DNA from: Actinomycetes bacterium
Lineage (GTDB): Bacteria > Actinomycetota > Acidimicrobiia > Acidimicrobiales > Bog-793
DNA: 64,000 bases
Assembly: GCA_021829645.1 (NCBI GenBank)
Contig: JAKBPI010000004.1
Location: 31,750-95,749 of the forward strand
Direction of reading: 5' to 3'
The translations under genes and the position numbers were made by a program. The stretch's first letter is position 1. Every line of letters begins with the position of its first letter. Of the stretch, positions 30,245-40,334 are shown piece after piece. Under the pieces are notes generated by a model. It was not told where the DNA came from, searched no databases, and worked only from the letters and a program-made list of their open reading frames with translations.

Positions 30245-30453
30245 CCTCCTGTGGTCCATAGATGTCTTGGACAAAAGAGATCGATGTTAGTAGTGTGAAG
30301 ACCTAACCTGGGAGTATTGAAGACGGCTAGAACTATATTTTTTCTTAAAATATTTAACTCAAATTGTATTTTAAATTTCAAATAAATAATATTTTTTGAA
30401 GTCACCTTTATATAAGTTCAAACTAAACTTATATAAACCTTGGGGGAAGATAA

Positions 30454-33099
30454 TTGGACATGACAGAACAGAATACCAATGAGGTAAATAAAACCAGCAT
30501 AAATAGCGGAGTACTTGCTATTTTGCGCACCATAATGGCAAAAAAAAGACCGAGTAAGCGTCAGAAAATATCACGTTTGAAAAACTTTCGTAATGCTTCT
30601 TTAATCGAGAAGTTGTCGGCCATAAGTACTTTTATCATAGTAGCCGGTGTCATGGCCTTTGTGATCTCACAGCTTTATCCAGGTCTTATTTTTGAACCGA
30701 CTATGGATGTTGGTGGTGATACGGCCGGACATATAGTTGCTGTATATTATTTTATACATCACATTTTGCCATCTTTTCGTCTGACTGGATGGGATCCTCA
30801 ATGGTTTGACGGTTTTCCTCTCTATACTTTTTATTTCCCCTTCCCTCCTCTTGTGATGGCTTTTTTCTCTTGGTTTGTTCCTTATGCGGTAGCTTTCAAA
30901 ATGGGAACGGCGCTAGGTATTATTGCAATGCCTTTGGCTGCCTATGCCATGGGGAGAATGGTAAAAGCTCCCAGACCCATACCAGCTCTTATGAGTGTTG
31001 GGGTCGTTTTATTTGTATTTAACAACTGGTTTACCATAGATGGTGGCAACGTCATGTCAACCATGGCAGGTGAATACTCATTTACACTGAGCATGACACT
31101 CATGTTGCTCTTTATCGGGGCTTATGTAAAGTCTCTTACTACTGGGCGGGGACGCTATTTAGCCGTAATGCTTTTCCTGTTTACGGCGTTATCTCATATA
31201 GTCCCAGCTATGTTTGCGGGAGGAGCGGCTGTTATCTTGACGCTGGTTTATCCGGATAAGGCTAAAGCCAGCCCAAAGGGAAAATATGCCTCGAACAAAT
31301 TTAAATTTTTGGTGTCTAAATTTACTTCATGGTCCTCTTTGGCGTACAGGAGACCTACCAGGGTACTAATTACGGTAGGCGTAGCCAGTTTATTGGTATC
31401 TTTGTTTTGGCTTTTGCCGTTTGGGGTTTACGGCATAAAAGATGGTTTAACATCTTCTCTAAACAATGGCCGGGTGTTGAATAGTTTCTGGTACAACATG
31501 TTTCCCCCCAATGTTGAATCAGCTGTATTGGGACTGGCATTACTTGGTGGCGTGGCAGCAATAACAAAGAAAGATCGTTTCCCCACGGCTCTCTTTATAC
31601 TTACACTGATCTCAGCTGCCCTATTTCAATGGGCTCCTTCTGCTTTGATCTACAACGGGCGTTGGATTCCGTTTTGGTTTCTGCTCTCATCTCTCTTAGC
31701 CGCTTATGGCGTAAAAGAAATAGGCGTTTTACTAAAAAATACTTTCGCCCTCAAAAGATATTTTGTAGCAACCCGTCTTCTTGCCGCCGGGAATACCAAA
31801 GGAGCTCAAAACGCTTTGGGGAAAACCTCTGCAGGAAAAGACGTTCCCTTACAAACCAACTCGTGGTTTATGGGAGTCGGTTACCCAATTGTGGTTGCCC
31901 TCACGACGATTCTTCTTATGGCTTCCTGGCTGGGTGTATCTCCTTTTGGCAATTTCGGCACACTAAATCCTTCCGATGGATGGACTACTTTTAACTATAA
32001 AGGATATCAGTCAGAACCAGGGTGGACTGAATTAGAGAGACTTACGCAGATGTTGGATTACGCCGGACAGAAATTCGGATGCGGACGTCTCGATTATGAA
32101 TACGGAAAGAATACTTCAGGGTGGTTTGGTTCCACTGATTATACAATATCTATCCCATACTGGACAAATGGGTGTATGGATACAACACAAGGTTTATATT
32201 ATCAATCTTCTACAACGACGGATTTTCACTTTTTAGATGCGTCTGAGCTGGAAATGGATGCTTCGAGAGCGGTTGTTGGGTTGCCATATGAGAACTTCAA
32301 CATTGCCGATGGTGTGCGTCATTTGCAGTTGTATGGAGTTAAGTATTTCTTGGCCAATTCTCCCCAAGCTGAAGCCCAAGCTGCACAAGATCCTTCTCTT
32401 GTGGAAGTAGGTACAACTCCGGCATCTCCGTATTCGGTTGACTATTCTGGCACGGGGATACCAACTGCTCCGCCTGGTGGATTTCATTGGGATCTTTATC
32501 TGATCAAAAACTCTAAACTTGTGGTGCCCCTCTCTTATAAGCCCGTCGTGGAGGCAGGCATTAGTAAAACACAATTCTTGAATACTGCTATCGCCTGGTA
32601 TCAGAATGAGCAGTATTGGCAGGTTCCCATCGCCAGGACAGGACCTTCTGATTGGGAGAGAGTGGCCATAGGTTCATTAGTTGCTCCGAGTCCATCAGAC
32701 AAAGTCTTTCCGACTTCTGTAAGCGCTGTGACAACTACAGCTAGTTCACTGACTTTTCACGTTTCGCGTCTTGGTTCTCCGGTGCTTATCAAAGAACCAT
32801 ATTTTCCAAATTGGCAAGTAACCGGAGCCTCGGGACCCTATGAAGTAACCCCTAATCTGATGGTTGTGATTCCAACTTCACATATGGTACATATAGCTTA
32901 TGGCACAACTTCTCTAGACTGGATTGGTCGCGTAGCCACGATAGCTGGAATCGTAATGGTGATAGTATTTACCCTAAGAGGGCCAGCCACTCCCCTTTCA
33001 CCTATAACTATGGTGAAAGAAGGAGATCCAGCCATTGATCCTGATCAGGAAAGCAACAGTGGAAATAAAAGCAAGCACTTTAGAAAAAGAACAAAATAA
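30454..33099 (+). CDS. Multi-pass membrane protein, PTPS-related/YfhO-like (probable GT-C glycosyltransferase)
   Basis: GGDTAGH, GWDPQWFDGFPLYTFYFP, GGNVMSTMAGEYSF; C-terminal YFPNWQV...GPYEVTPNLMVV. Confidence 0.75.
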   Translation: MDMTEQNTNEVNKTSINSGVLAILRTIMAKKRPSKRQKISRLKNFRNASLIEKLSAISTFIIVAGVMAFVISQLYPGLIFEPTMDVGGDTAGHIVAVYYFIHHILPSFRLTGWDPQWFDGFPLYTFYFPFPPLVMAFFSWFVPYAVAFKMGTALGIIAMPLAAYAMGRMVKAPRPIPALMSVGVVLFVFNNWFTIDGGNVMSTMAGEYSFTLSMTLMLLFIGAYVKSLTTGRGRYLAVMLFLFTALSHIVPAMFAGGAAVILTLVYPDKAKASPKGKYASNKFKFLVSKFTSWSSLAYRRPTRVLITVGVASLLVSLFWLLPFGVYGIKDGLTSSLNNGRVLNSFWYNMFPPNVESAVLGLALLGGVAAITKKDRFPTALFILTLISAALFQWAPSALIYNGRWIPFWFLLSSLLAAYGVKEIGVLLKNTFALKRYFVATRLLAAGNTKGAQNALGKTSAGKDVPLQTNSWFMGVGYPIVVALTTILLMASWLGVSPFGNFGTLNPSDGWTTFNYKGYQSEPGWTELERLTQMLDYAGQKFGCGRLDYEYGKNTSGWFGSTDYTISIPYWTNGCMDTTQGLYYQSSTTTDFHFLDASELEMDASRAVVGLPYENFNIADGVRHLQLYGVKYFLANSPQAEAQAAQDPSLVEVGTTPASPYSVDYSGTGIPTAPPGGFHWDLYLIKNSKLVVPLSYKPVVEAGISKTQFLNTAIAWYQNEQYWQVPIARTGPSDWERVAIGSLVAPSPSDKVFPTSVSAVTTTASSLTFHVSRLGSPVLIKEPYFPNWQVTGASGPYEVTPNLMVVIPTSHMVHIAYGTTSLDWIGRVATIAGIVMVIVFTLRGPATPLSPITMVKEGDPAIDPDQESNSGNKSKHFRKRTK

Positions 33100-33118
33100 G
33101 CGACTAAGCTAGGTTGTA

Positions 33119-33952
33119 ATGTCAGAGACTGAAAACAATACTCAGATAGACGACAACGAAATAGATTTAACAGTTGTCCTGCCTGCATGCAATGAAGAAG
33201 AAATGCTGGGATCCACTATTACAAATCTCATCACTGGTTTAGATGAGAAAAAATATAAGTACGAAATTATTATTGTGGAAAACGGATCTCATGATGGTAC
33301 TCTGAGACTGGCAAGAATGCTGGGAGCCCAATTACCACAATTGCGCGTGTTTACTTTGCCCGTGGGCAATTATGGTGCTGCTCTCAAGACGGGGTTTTTA
33401 GCTACTCGTGGTCAGGTTGTAGTGAGTTTTGACGTAGATTATTACGACTTTTCTTTTCTGGATAAAGCCTTTGAAATGATCATCGCAGGGACAACCGATG
33501 TAGTTGTAGCCAGCAAAAGAGCTCCTGGTGCCAATAATCAACGGGAGGCACTCCGTAAACTGGTGACCGCAGTATTCACTACTGTTTTGCGATCTCTCTT
33601 TGACATGAAAGTTACCGATGCACATGGGATGAAGGCTTTCCGCAGGGAGACAGTTCAGAAGATATGTGAACAATGCGTTACTACAGAAAGCTTATTTGAA
33701 GTTGAAATGATCATACGCGCGGGTAACGCCGGTCTTAATCTTTCCGAGATACCAGCTACTGTTATAGAACAGAGACCAGCTAGGTCGCATATTTTACGAA
33801 GAGTTATAACAGCTATTCCGGGTTTATTTACCCTGCAACGAGCCCTTGGGTTTCCTGCGATTAAAAAAATTATAGGAATAGGTCAAAAGCAGAATAATGC
33901 TGCTTTGAAAACTTCTCGAAGTAATGACTCCTCATCGACGGATAAATCATAA
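33119..33952 (+). CDS. GT2 glycosyltransferase (DPM1/GtrB-like)
   Basis: VVLPACNEE, VENGSHDGT, YGAALKTG, FDVD, TDAHGMKAFRR. Confidence 0.9.
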   Translation: MSETENNTQIDDNEIDLTVVLPACNEEEMLGSTITNLITGLDEKKYKYEIIIVENGSHDGTLRLARMLGAQLPQLRVFTLPVGNYGAALKTGFLATRGQVVVSFDVDYYDFSFLDKAFEMIIAGTTDVVVASKRAPGANNQREALRKLVTAVFTTVLRSLFDMKVTDAHGMKAFRRETVQKICEQCVTTESLFEVEMIIRAGNAGLNLSEIPATVIEQRPARSHILRRVITAIPGLFTLQRALGFPAIKKIIGIGQKQNNAALKTSRSNDSSSTDKS

Positions 33953-34045
33953 TTTGCTGTTTTGTGTTATATTTGCAAATTGCAAGCTTAATTCTTAACT
34001 CTAAATCAAGTGTACCTGAAAGCGTCTTTCATAAAGAAAGCATGA

Positions 34046-34879
34046 TTAATTCCGGTTATTTAGGTGATCGTGGTTAGTATGTAAATTAACGCTTTCTGTT
34101 GAAATAGCAGAAAGGATTTTATGAAGTTCTTTTTTGGCTATAGTCAAGTTGGTATTGGCATTATTGATCAACTGATTGCAAAGTGATAATTGACTTTCTG
34201 TCATTGTGAAAAGTGATTGGTTCATTCCGGCAATAGTGTTGAAAACGCCATTGATATTTTGCTCTGCAGCAGAGAGGTTATTGCTAAAATTCAAATAGAT
34301 GGATTGTATCCCGACAAGATTTGGCTTACTAACCACTAAAGCCGCTACAGCTGCCTCTAAAGTGCTTTCTAGACTGAGCAGATGATTTAGCCTTTTATGT
34401 CTGGAAACAGCTGATTCGTATAATTGAAGCTGTTGCTTGATATTGCCGAACACACCGTAAGTGTGAATTTGAGCTGGGACGTCTAAAAGATCATCCAATA
34501 GTTTTGCGGAAGTAACTGTTACCTCCAGAGTTGCCAGCCCTTGTCTGGCATTTGCTATTTCATATATAAGATTTTCATATGCCTGACGGCTCAGGATGTC
34601 GGTATTCCTTAATGTATTACTGAAGTGTTCAAGAGTCAATTCACGCACAGCAATAGCCTTTTCCAGGATGTCTTTAGCTGTATTTAATGACTCACCTGGG
34701 ACTATGGTTAGAGAAGTATCGAAAGTAGTTTTTGTTTTCTTATACTTCAATACCAATGCCGTATTCGCTGTATGGACATAACTCGTATTAACGGTATCGG
34801 CGGGTGCAACTGTGGCAAAAAGGAAAAGAGACGCACAGGTAGAAAAAGCTAATAATAAATTGAATTTTATATTTTTCAT
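34046..34879 (-). CDS. Secreted alpha-helical hypothetical protein
   Basis: Signal peptide MKNIKFNLLLAFSTCASLFLFATVAPA; long ORF. Confidence 0.65.
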   Translation of the reverse strand: MKNIKFNLLLAFSTCASLFLFATVAPADTVNTSYVHTANTALVLKYKKTKTTFDTSLTIVPGESLNTAKDILEKAIAVRELTLEHFSNTLRNTDILSRQAYENLIYEIANARQGLATLEVTVTSAKLLDDLLDVPAQIHTYGVFGNIKQQLQLYESAVSRHKRLNHLLSLESTLEAAVAALVVSKPNLVGIQSIYLNFSNNLSAAEQNINGVFNTIAGMNQSLFTMTESQLSLCNQLINNANTNLTIAKKELHKILSAISTESVNLHTNHDHLNNRN

Positions 34880-35102
34880 ACTTTGCAGATCCAAACTGCA
34901 GTTTCTTTTGCCTACCAATTTCCTATCATTAATTATGTCAAGCCAAGATTCTAAATTAATAATAATATTATTATGGATTTATGAATCTTTATATGGGCTA
35001 CATGGTCACGTTTAGGCATTGTCCGCTACGGGCTGATGGAACTGCGGATTGAGTTGTTTTATGGATATGGAAGATGAGGTTAGCCTGTCAACCGTTTAAG
35101 CT

Positions 35103-36182
35103 CTATAAATTTGATATTTCAATCAATCTATTGAGAGCGTTCAGGGCTTCCCCCGAGTCAATAATACTCTCGGCTTGTTCAATAGCCGGAGCAAAATCAT
35201 CACTTTTACCTGCTACAATCAGTCCTGCTGCTGCATTGATGACAACAATATCGCGCTTTGGTCCTTTTTTACCGGAGAGAATTTCTAAGACATGTGAGCT
35301 GTTTTCCTTGGCGTCACCGCCTGTTAAATCATCTTTAGTCGCCGGCGGAAAGCCAAAGTCCTTAGTATCAATTTTATAGACGCGCCTTTCATAGGTACCG
35401 TCTCCTTGTAAACGTGTTTCATGAATGGTGGAGGGGGTGACGGTGGAAATCTCATCCATCCCGTCATCGCCATAAAGTACCATGGCGTGAAGGGTATTGT
35501 GCTTTTCCAAAACTCCCAGCATAGTTTCGGCCATAGTCCGATCACCTATTCCTATAACCTGTCTATTGGTACGTGCAGGGTTAGCAAGCGGACCGAGTAA
35601 ATTAAAAATTGTCGGAGCGCCTAAAGCTCTTCTTACAGGCGCAGCGTGCCTCATTGCCGGATGAAATCTAGGAGCAAAGCAAAACCCAAATCCAGCCTCG
35701 GTTATGCATTGAGCAACTTTTTCTGGAGGTAAGTCAATGGCAACTCCGAGTTCTTCTAACACATCAGCGGAACCAGCTTTTGAAGAGGCAGCTCTTCCTC
35801 CATGCTTGCATACTTTTGCACCTGAACCAGCTACTATACAGGCAGCCATCGTAGACACGTTTATTGAACCGCTTCGGTCTCCCCCCGTGCCGCAGGTATC
35901 AACCATGTCACCCTCTAGGGGTACTATTGATGCATTTTCCAACATAGCGGCTACAAACCCCGACATTTCGTCTACGGTTTCGCCTTTGACTCGCAATGCT
36001 GCAGCGAATGCAGCTATCTGAGATTCAGATGCATTGCCAAGGAGAATTTCCGATAGCGCCATTTTGGCAATTGCTTCGTTGAGATTTTGTTTTGTAAAAA
36101 GCAAATTGAGGATGTATGACCATCCACCCAACTCATCAAAGTATGGCGACTTTATGGCATCTGAATTTGTTGACTCAGTCAT
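35103..36182 (-). CDS. trpD: Anthranilate phosphoribosyltransferase
   Basis: DTCGTGGD, INVST, KHGGRAASSKAGSAD, FHPAMR, FNLLGPLANP. Confidence 0.97.
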   Translation of the reverse strand: MTESTNSDAIKSPYFDELGGWSYILNLLFTKQNLNEAIAKMALSEILLGNASESQIAAFAAALRVKGETVDEMSGFVAAMLENASIVPLEGDMVDTCGTGGDRSGSINVSTMAACIVAGSGAKVCKHGGRAASSKAGSADVLEELGVAIDLPPEKVAQCITEAGFGFCFAPRFHPAMRHAAPVRRALGAPTIFNLLGPLANPARTNRQVIGIGDRTMAETMLGVLEKHNTLHAMVLYGDDGMDEISTVTPSTIHETRLQGDGTYERRVYKIDTKDFGFPPATKDDLTGGDAKENSSHVLEILSGKKGPKRDIVVINAAAGLIVAGKSDDFAPAIEQAESIIDSGEALNALNRLIEISNL

Positions 36183-36253
36183 AATTAGAGCTTACAGAAA
36201 ATTGGTGACTTTGCATGATAAAAGTCAACTTTTAGCATTCGTAAATTGCGTAA

Positions 36254-36496
36254 TTAAGCAGATTTACGTCTTTGACGAAGAATTCTTCTTCGTTCACGCT
36301 CTGTGCAGCCACCCCAAATCCCTTCACGCTCCCTATAGGCAAGGGCGTATTCTAAACATGTCTCGCGTACTGGGCAGATAGCGCAAACAGCTTTAGCTTG
36401 GTCGACGCTTTCCTCTGGTGCAGGGTAGAAAATCTCTGTACTCAATCCCCTACATGCAGCTACCTTTTGCCACGTGGCACTCATTGCAATATTCAC
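36254..36496 (-). CDS. WhiB-family Fe-S transcription factor
   Basis: Four Cys (AC...CxxC...C) and GIWGG; SD AGGAG. Confidence 0.95.
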   Translation of the reverse strand: MNIAMSATWQKVAACRGLSTEIFYPAPEESVDQAKAVCAICPVRETCLEYALAYREREGIWGGCTERERRRILRQRRKSA

Positions 36497-36585
36497 TTTA
36501 AAAACTCCTATGGTCGTCTGAGACCAATCTCAATCCGTGTTCTTCCAATACAGCATTATCTACCTTGATAGCAAAACAATTCACA

Positions 36586-36615
36586 AGCATAGCCTGAAAC
36601 GAGACTACTCGTCAA
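36586..36615 (-). promoter_or_regulatory. Housekeeping-sigma promoter of whiB
   Basis: TTGACG-18 nt-TATGCT on the minus strand. Confidence 0.6.
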
Positions 36616-36817
36616 TACCATAACAAGTCTCTGAGATTGTAAGGTATATTATGTTTTACGGTGGCAGTGTGGCTGTATAAAACGTGTTCACTAAACCGAT
36701 GTATTATTATGCACTAAACTGAAGCATAAGTAAAGTACCTAGCTAAAATTTTCAGAAAAAATTTTGAATTAGCACAAAAAAAAGTTTTTAAGCTACTTTA
36801 TGTGGTTTAACTTACGG

Positions 36818-37489
36818 TTAATCTGACCAATCATCCAGAATCGATCCTTGTAGAGTGTTGGAAAGATATGTTGTATACCGATATTCCGGATGATCAATTT
36901 TGACTATAAGATTGCTTGATCTAAATAATTCTCGATTGAATTCGTCAATATAAAATTTTAGATAGTGAACAGAAGCCGTTATATCTTCACGAGTCAACAT
37001 TTCTTGGTGATCTTTTTGGACGTCTGCTTTTAATGTCAATAAAGATTTAGTACCGCCAAGAATAGGAATTGACTGTTCGGGATCTTTTGATAAGTCAGGG
37101 TATGCAGAGGTGTCTTTTAAGTTACCGGCATGCAATTCTAGATAGAGACTATCTTCAATACCAACTAAACGAGGTAACCAGAGATAGAGCTCTTCTTTGC
37201 TGGTGAGTTCTATTAAGAGTGTTATGGATATTTCACCCAACTCAGGAATCAAGTTATTGTAAATATCGATCTCTTCTTGCAGAAGTTTTTCGTCAATAAT
37301 ACGCTCAGCACGGGCCATTTCTTGTATCTGAAATAACATTGTTTCTCTGTTCTCAAATACCAAAGAAATGAAAGGTCCTACTCCAACCCGACGTATTTGC
37401 TTTAGTGCAATAATTTTTTTCCTCTGCTCTTCTCTGACCTTTTCATACTGTCTAAGATCCATCACATCATCAATGTAAAGTTTGTTCAC
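36818..37489 (-). CDS. DUF3501 family protein
   Basis: YEKVR...RRVGVGP...FENRETMLFQIQEMARAE...YNNLIP...SVHYLKF; context next to rubrerythrin. Confidence 0.88.
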   Translation of the reverse strand: MNKLYIDDVMDLRQYEKVREEQRKKIIALKQIRRVGVGPFISLVFENRETMLFQIQEMARAERIIDEKLLQEEIDIYNNLIPELGEISITLLIELTSKEELYLWLPRLVGIEDSLYLELHAGNLKDTSAYPDLSKDPEQSIPILGGTKSLLTLKADVQKDHQEMLTREDITASVHYLKFYIDEFNRELFRSSNLIVKIDHPEYRYTTYLSNTLQGSILDDWSD

Positions 37490-37552
37490 GTGTACCCTCT
37501 TATATGTATATATTTACTATATATAGGTATTGCTTATAAAATAACTTCCATA

Positions 37553-38854
37553 TTAAGTTGCTTCTATCCCGTACGCTCTTGCTAGTACGCTGATTGGGTG
37601 TTCTGGCAGTCGATTAGTTTCTTCATAGATAGCAGTATTTGCTAAATGGCAATCTCCACAACAAGTCTCAGCATCACTTGTGTTGATAGCAGATTTTAAA
37701 GGCTTAATCACTTTTTTTGCCAAGTTGTAATTTTCTTTGCGGTAACCCCAAGTGCCGTCAATTCCGGCACAGCGCTCGACTAAAGTTACTTTCGCCCCCG
37801 TTATCTTCAATAAATCCCTACCGCGATATCCGATATTTTGCGCTCGTGAATGACACGACAGATGATAAATAATGTTTTGAGGAACCACGCCTTTGAAATC
37901 GGTTTTAAGAAAGTTTTTATCTTCAGCCTTTTTGTTTTCTTCGATCAAGAATTCAGCCAGGTCAAACGTATTACTGGCCACCAATTCCGCATCTTTGGTT
38001 TGAACGTAGAGCGGATAATCTTTCCTGATAACGTAACTACATGTCGGCTGGGCTACTAGGATTTTCTTACCGGTACGAACTTCACTTGCCAGCTGCTTGA
38101 CGTTATTTTGTGCCTTCTTTACGAATTCATTTATATTGCCGTTATGTAGCCATGGCGCACCGCAACACTTGGTGTTGTCTGGAAGAGAACAAGCTATGTT
38201 ATTGTGTTCCAATACGGCAACTGCATCTTTGCCAATTTTTGGCTCCATATACTCGACAAAGCATGTAGGAAACAATGCGATTTGGCTTATCGGTGACTCC
38301 AATGCCAGAGCCGACCTTTTCTTAAACCATACAGAGAACCTTTGCTTAGCATAAGAAGGTAAAATTCTCTCAGAGTGAATGCCTACAGTCTTTTCCATCA
38401 TTTTTCTGGTAAATGATCCCTGTTTGCCAGAAATTTTATTGACAAGTGGCGCACTCGCGGATGAGACTTTTCCTAAGAGGTCTGTTCTGCCAAGAAATTG
38501 ATCCGTCATCACTTTTGCAAAGCCACCCTCTTTTTTAGCAGAAAATACAGCTGTAGCTCTGACCATCATTCGAGGAAAGTCTAAACCCCATTCATGTGGA
38601 GGAATATAGGGGCATTTTATATAACAGAGTTTACATTGGTAGCATTCTTCAATAACTTGATTTTGCTCTGTATGAGAAAGTTTCTCCACAGCGCCATTGT
38701 GAGAATCGATCGCATTGAATAACGTCGGAAAAGAAGGACACAGGTTGAAACACAATCTACACCCATGACATATATCAAAGACTCTTTCCAGTTCTTGGCG
38801 TAAATCACGTTCATCTAAATAGTGAGGATCAAAGGGGTTATATGTTGTGGTCAT
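37553..38854 (-). CDS. Fe-S oxidoreductase (GlpC/heterodisulfide-reductase-like)
   Basis: CHGCRLCFNLCP, CYQCKLCYIKCP, CCG domains. Confidence 0.9.
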   Translation of the reverse strand: MTTTYNPFDPHYLDERDLRQELERVFDICHGCRLCFNLCPSFPTLFNAIDSHNGAVEKLSHTEQNQVIEECYQCKLCYIKCPYIPPHEWGLDFPRMMVRATAVFSAKKEGGFAKVMTDQFLGRTDLLGKVSSASAPLVNKISGKQGSFTRKMMEKTVGIHSERILPSYAKQRFSVWFKKRSALALESPISQIALFPTCFVEYMEPKIGKDAVAVLEHNNIACSLPDNTKCCGAPWLHNGNINEFVKKAQNNVKQLASEVRTGKKILVAQPTCSYVIRKDYPLYVQTKDAELVASNTFDLAEFLIEENKKAEDKNFLKTDFKGVVPQNIIYHLSCHSRAQNIGYRGRDLLKITGAKVTLVERCAGIDGTWGYRKENYNLAKKVIKPLKSAINTSDAETCCGDCHLANTAIYEETNRLPEHPISVLARAYGIEAT

Positions 38855-38992
38855 TATTATCTCCGACTATCAAGAATTTGAGAAAACTCAGAAATGTAAT
38901 TTTTTAAAAATCTCAGTACTTTGTCATCTATAAAATTTTGATTTTGTGAAACTTTAAGTTGTATGACGAAAGAAAGTATGACAATAATTCAA

Positions 38993-39412
38993 TTATTCAA
39001 GGGATGAAAGTCCCTGAGTGAATCTTCCAGCATGGCTCTTTTCAGCGCGTGCCAAAGTCTCCATCCATTCGCCTATCTCCTCAAATCCTTCTTCGCGTGC
39101 CACTTTTGCGAATCCGGGATACATTTCTGTATATTCGTAAGTCTCGCCTGCTATGGCAGATTTCAAGTTTTCAGCCGTATCGCCTACAGGTTCTCCCGTA
39201 ACTGGGTCACCTACTTCTTTGAGGAAGTCAAAATGTCCGAAAGCATGTCCTGTTTCACCTTCAGCAACAGAGCGAAACAGCGCAGCGACATCAGGATACC
39301 CTTCAACATCTGCTTTTTGCGCAAAATAAAGGTAGCGCCGATTCGCTTGACTTTCGCCGGCAAAAGCTTCTTTGAGGTTGTCTTCTGTCTTTGATCCCTT
39401 TAGTTCTGACAT
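38993..39412 (-). CDS. Rubrerythrin, short form without rubredoxin domain
   Basis: [36 protein letters not shown]. Confidence 0.96.
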   Translation of the reverse strand: MSELKGSKTEDNLKEAFAGESQANRRYLYFAQKADVEGYPDVAALFRSVAEGETGHAFGHFDFLKEVGDPVTGEPVGDTAENLKSAIAGETYEYTEMYPGFAKVAREEGFEEIGEWMETLARAEKSHAGRFTQGLSSLE

Positions 39413-39678
39413 ATGATTTTATCTCCTTTGATTACTTTCGATTCTAGTCGATATATTGTAAGAAAAATCTAGTTCCGCCAACATGGAGTTGTCATTTTTT
39501 AAATTCTGATTTCTAGATAGCGAATAGTGTACTCACATATTTAACTGACATATTGACTGTTTTTCTCACTTCTGTCTTGCCGCTGGTTTGAGGTCACCAT
39601 TAGTATTTTTGGAGTAGTTGTCTTTCGGATGTCACTCTTGGATAATTGTGACTTTTGATCACAGAGTGTGATAGAGGT

Positions 39679-40131
39679 TTATCCACAAGGTGGTACGAAG
39701 ATATTCAAGTTGCCATCATAGAGACTCACATACGTGCAGACCAAGGTAAAAGCAGCTTTGTTATTTATTATATAGTACTTTTCAATTTTTGGGTCAATGA
39801 GAAAAATTGGATAGTCAGCGTGGAGTGTCCTTATACTTTGCGCACAGTTAGGAACGCCGTTGTTTGTTACATCCGTTCCTGTGCTAACGGCTACTTTTGA
39901 TGTCCAAGACTTCCACGAGATGTTTATCATGTATGAATTGCATTCCGAAGTGCACCAGTGTAATGCTTTTGGCATGTATTCAGGAGGTCCTTGGTAGTCA
40001 ACGAGGTATGGCACCGCTGCTATGGCGTTGGTCAATTCCGGGTCATTTGTGTTGTTATGTGAAGTACCAGAATTGGCAGTCTTGTCCATCACGAACCCGG
40101 AAAAGATCATAACAACTGCCAATATGACCAT
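39679..40131 (-). CDS. Secreted Cys-containing hypothetical protein
   Basis: Hydrophobic N-terminus; ISWKSW...GT...PNCA pattern; start uncertain. Confidence 0.5.
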   Translation of the reverse strand: MVILAVVMIFSGFVMDKTANSGTSHNNTNDPELTNAIAAVPYLVDYQGPPEYMPKALHWCTSECNSYMINISWKSWTSKVAVSTGTDVTNNGVPNCAQSIRTLHADYPIFLIDPKIEKYYIINNKAAFTLVCTYVSLYDGNLNIFVPPCG

Positions 40132-40334
40132 TGCTACATTGTGAAACAGTAGTTTGCTTATACTGAAAGTCAGCGGTCATCAATCACATTACTCTTTCTG
40201 GTTGGCAGATACGCTATTTTGAAACAGTAACTGAATTGACATTATTTGAATGTAGCCCACTTTATTGATATCCATGTGTGTAGCTTTGGCAAAAGCTGCA
40301 CAGTCGCCTGTCAGTAAACTCCATTTTGGCAAGT

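Noticed and set aside
25690-30400. Prophage or att-bounded island at tRNA-Val
   Set aside because: It lies on the 5' side of the tRNA, with no att repeat and no phage genes.
28198-30405. Short minus-strand ORFs in the IS region
   Set aside because: They are antisense to broken transposase frames.
35075-35093. IdeR/DtxR box (TGAGGTTAGCCTG...)
   Set aside because: Only one half matches the 19-bp palindrome.
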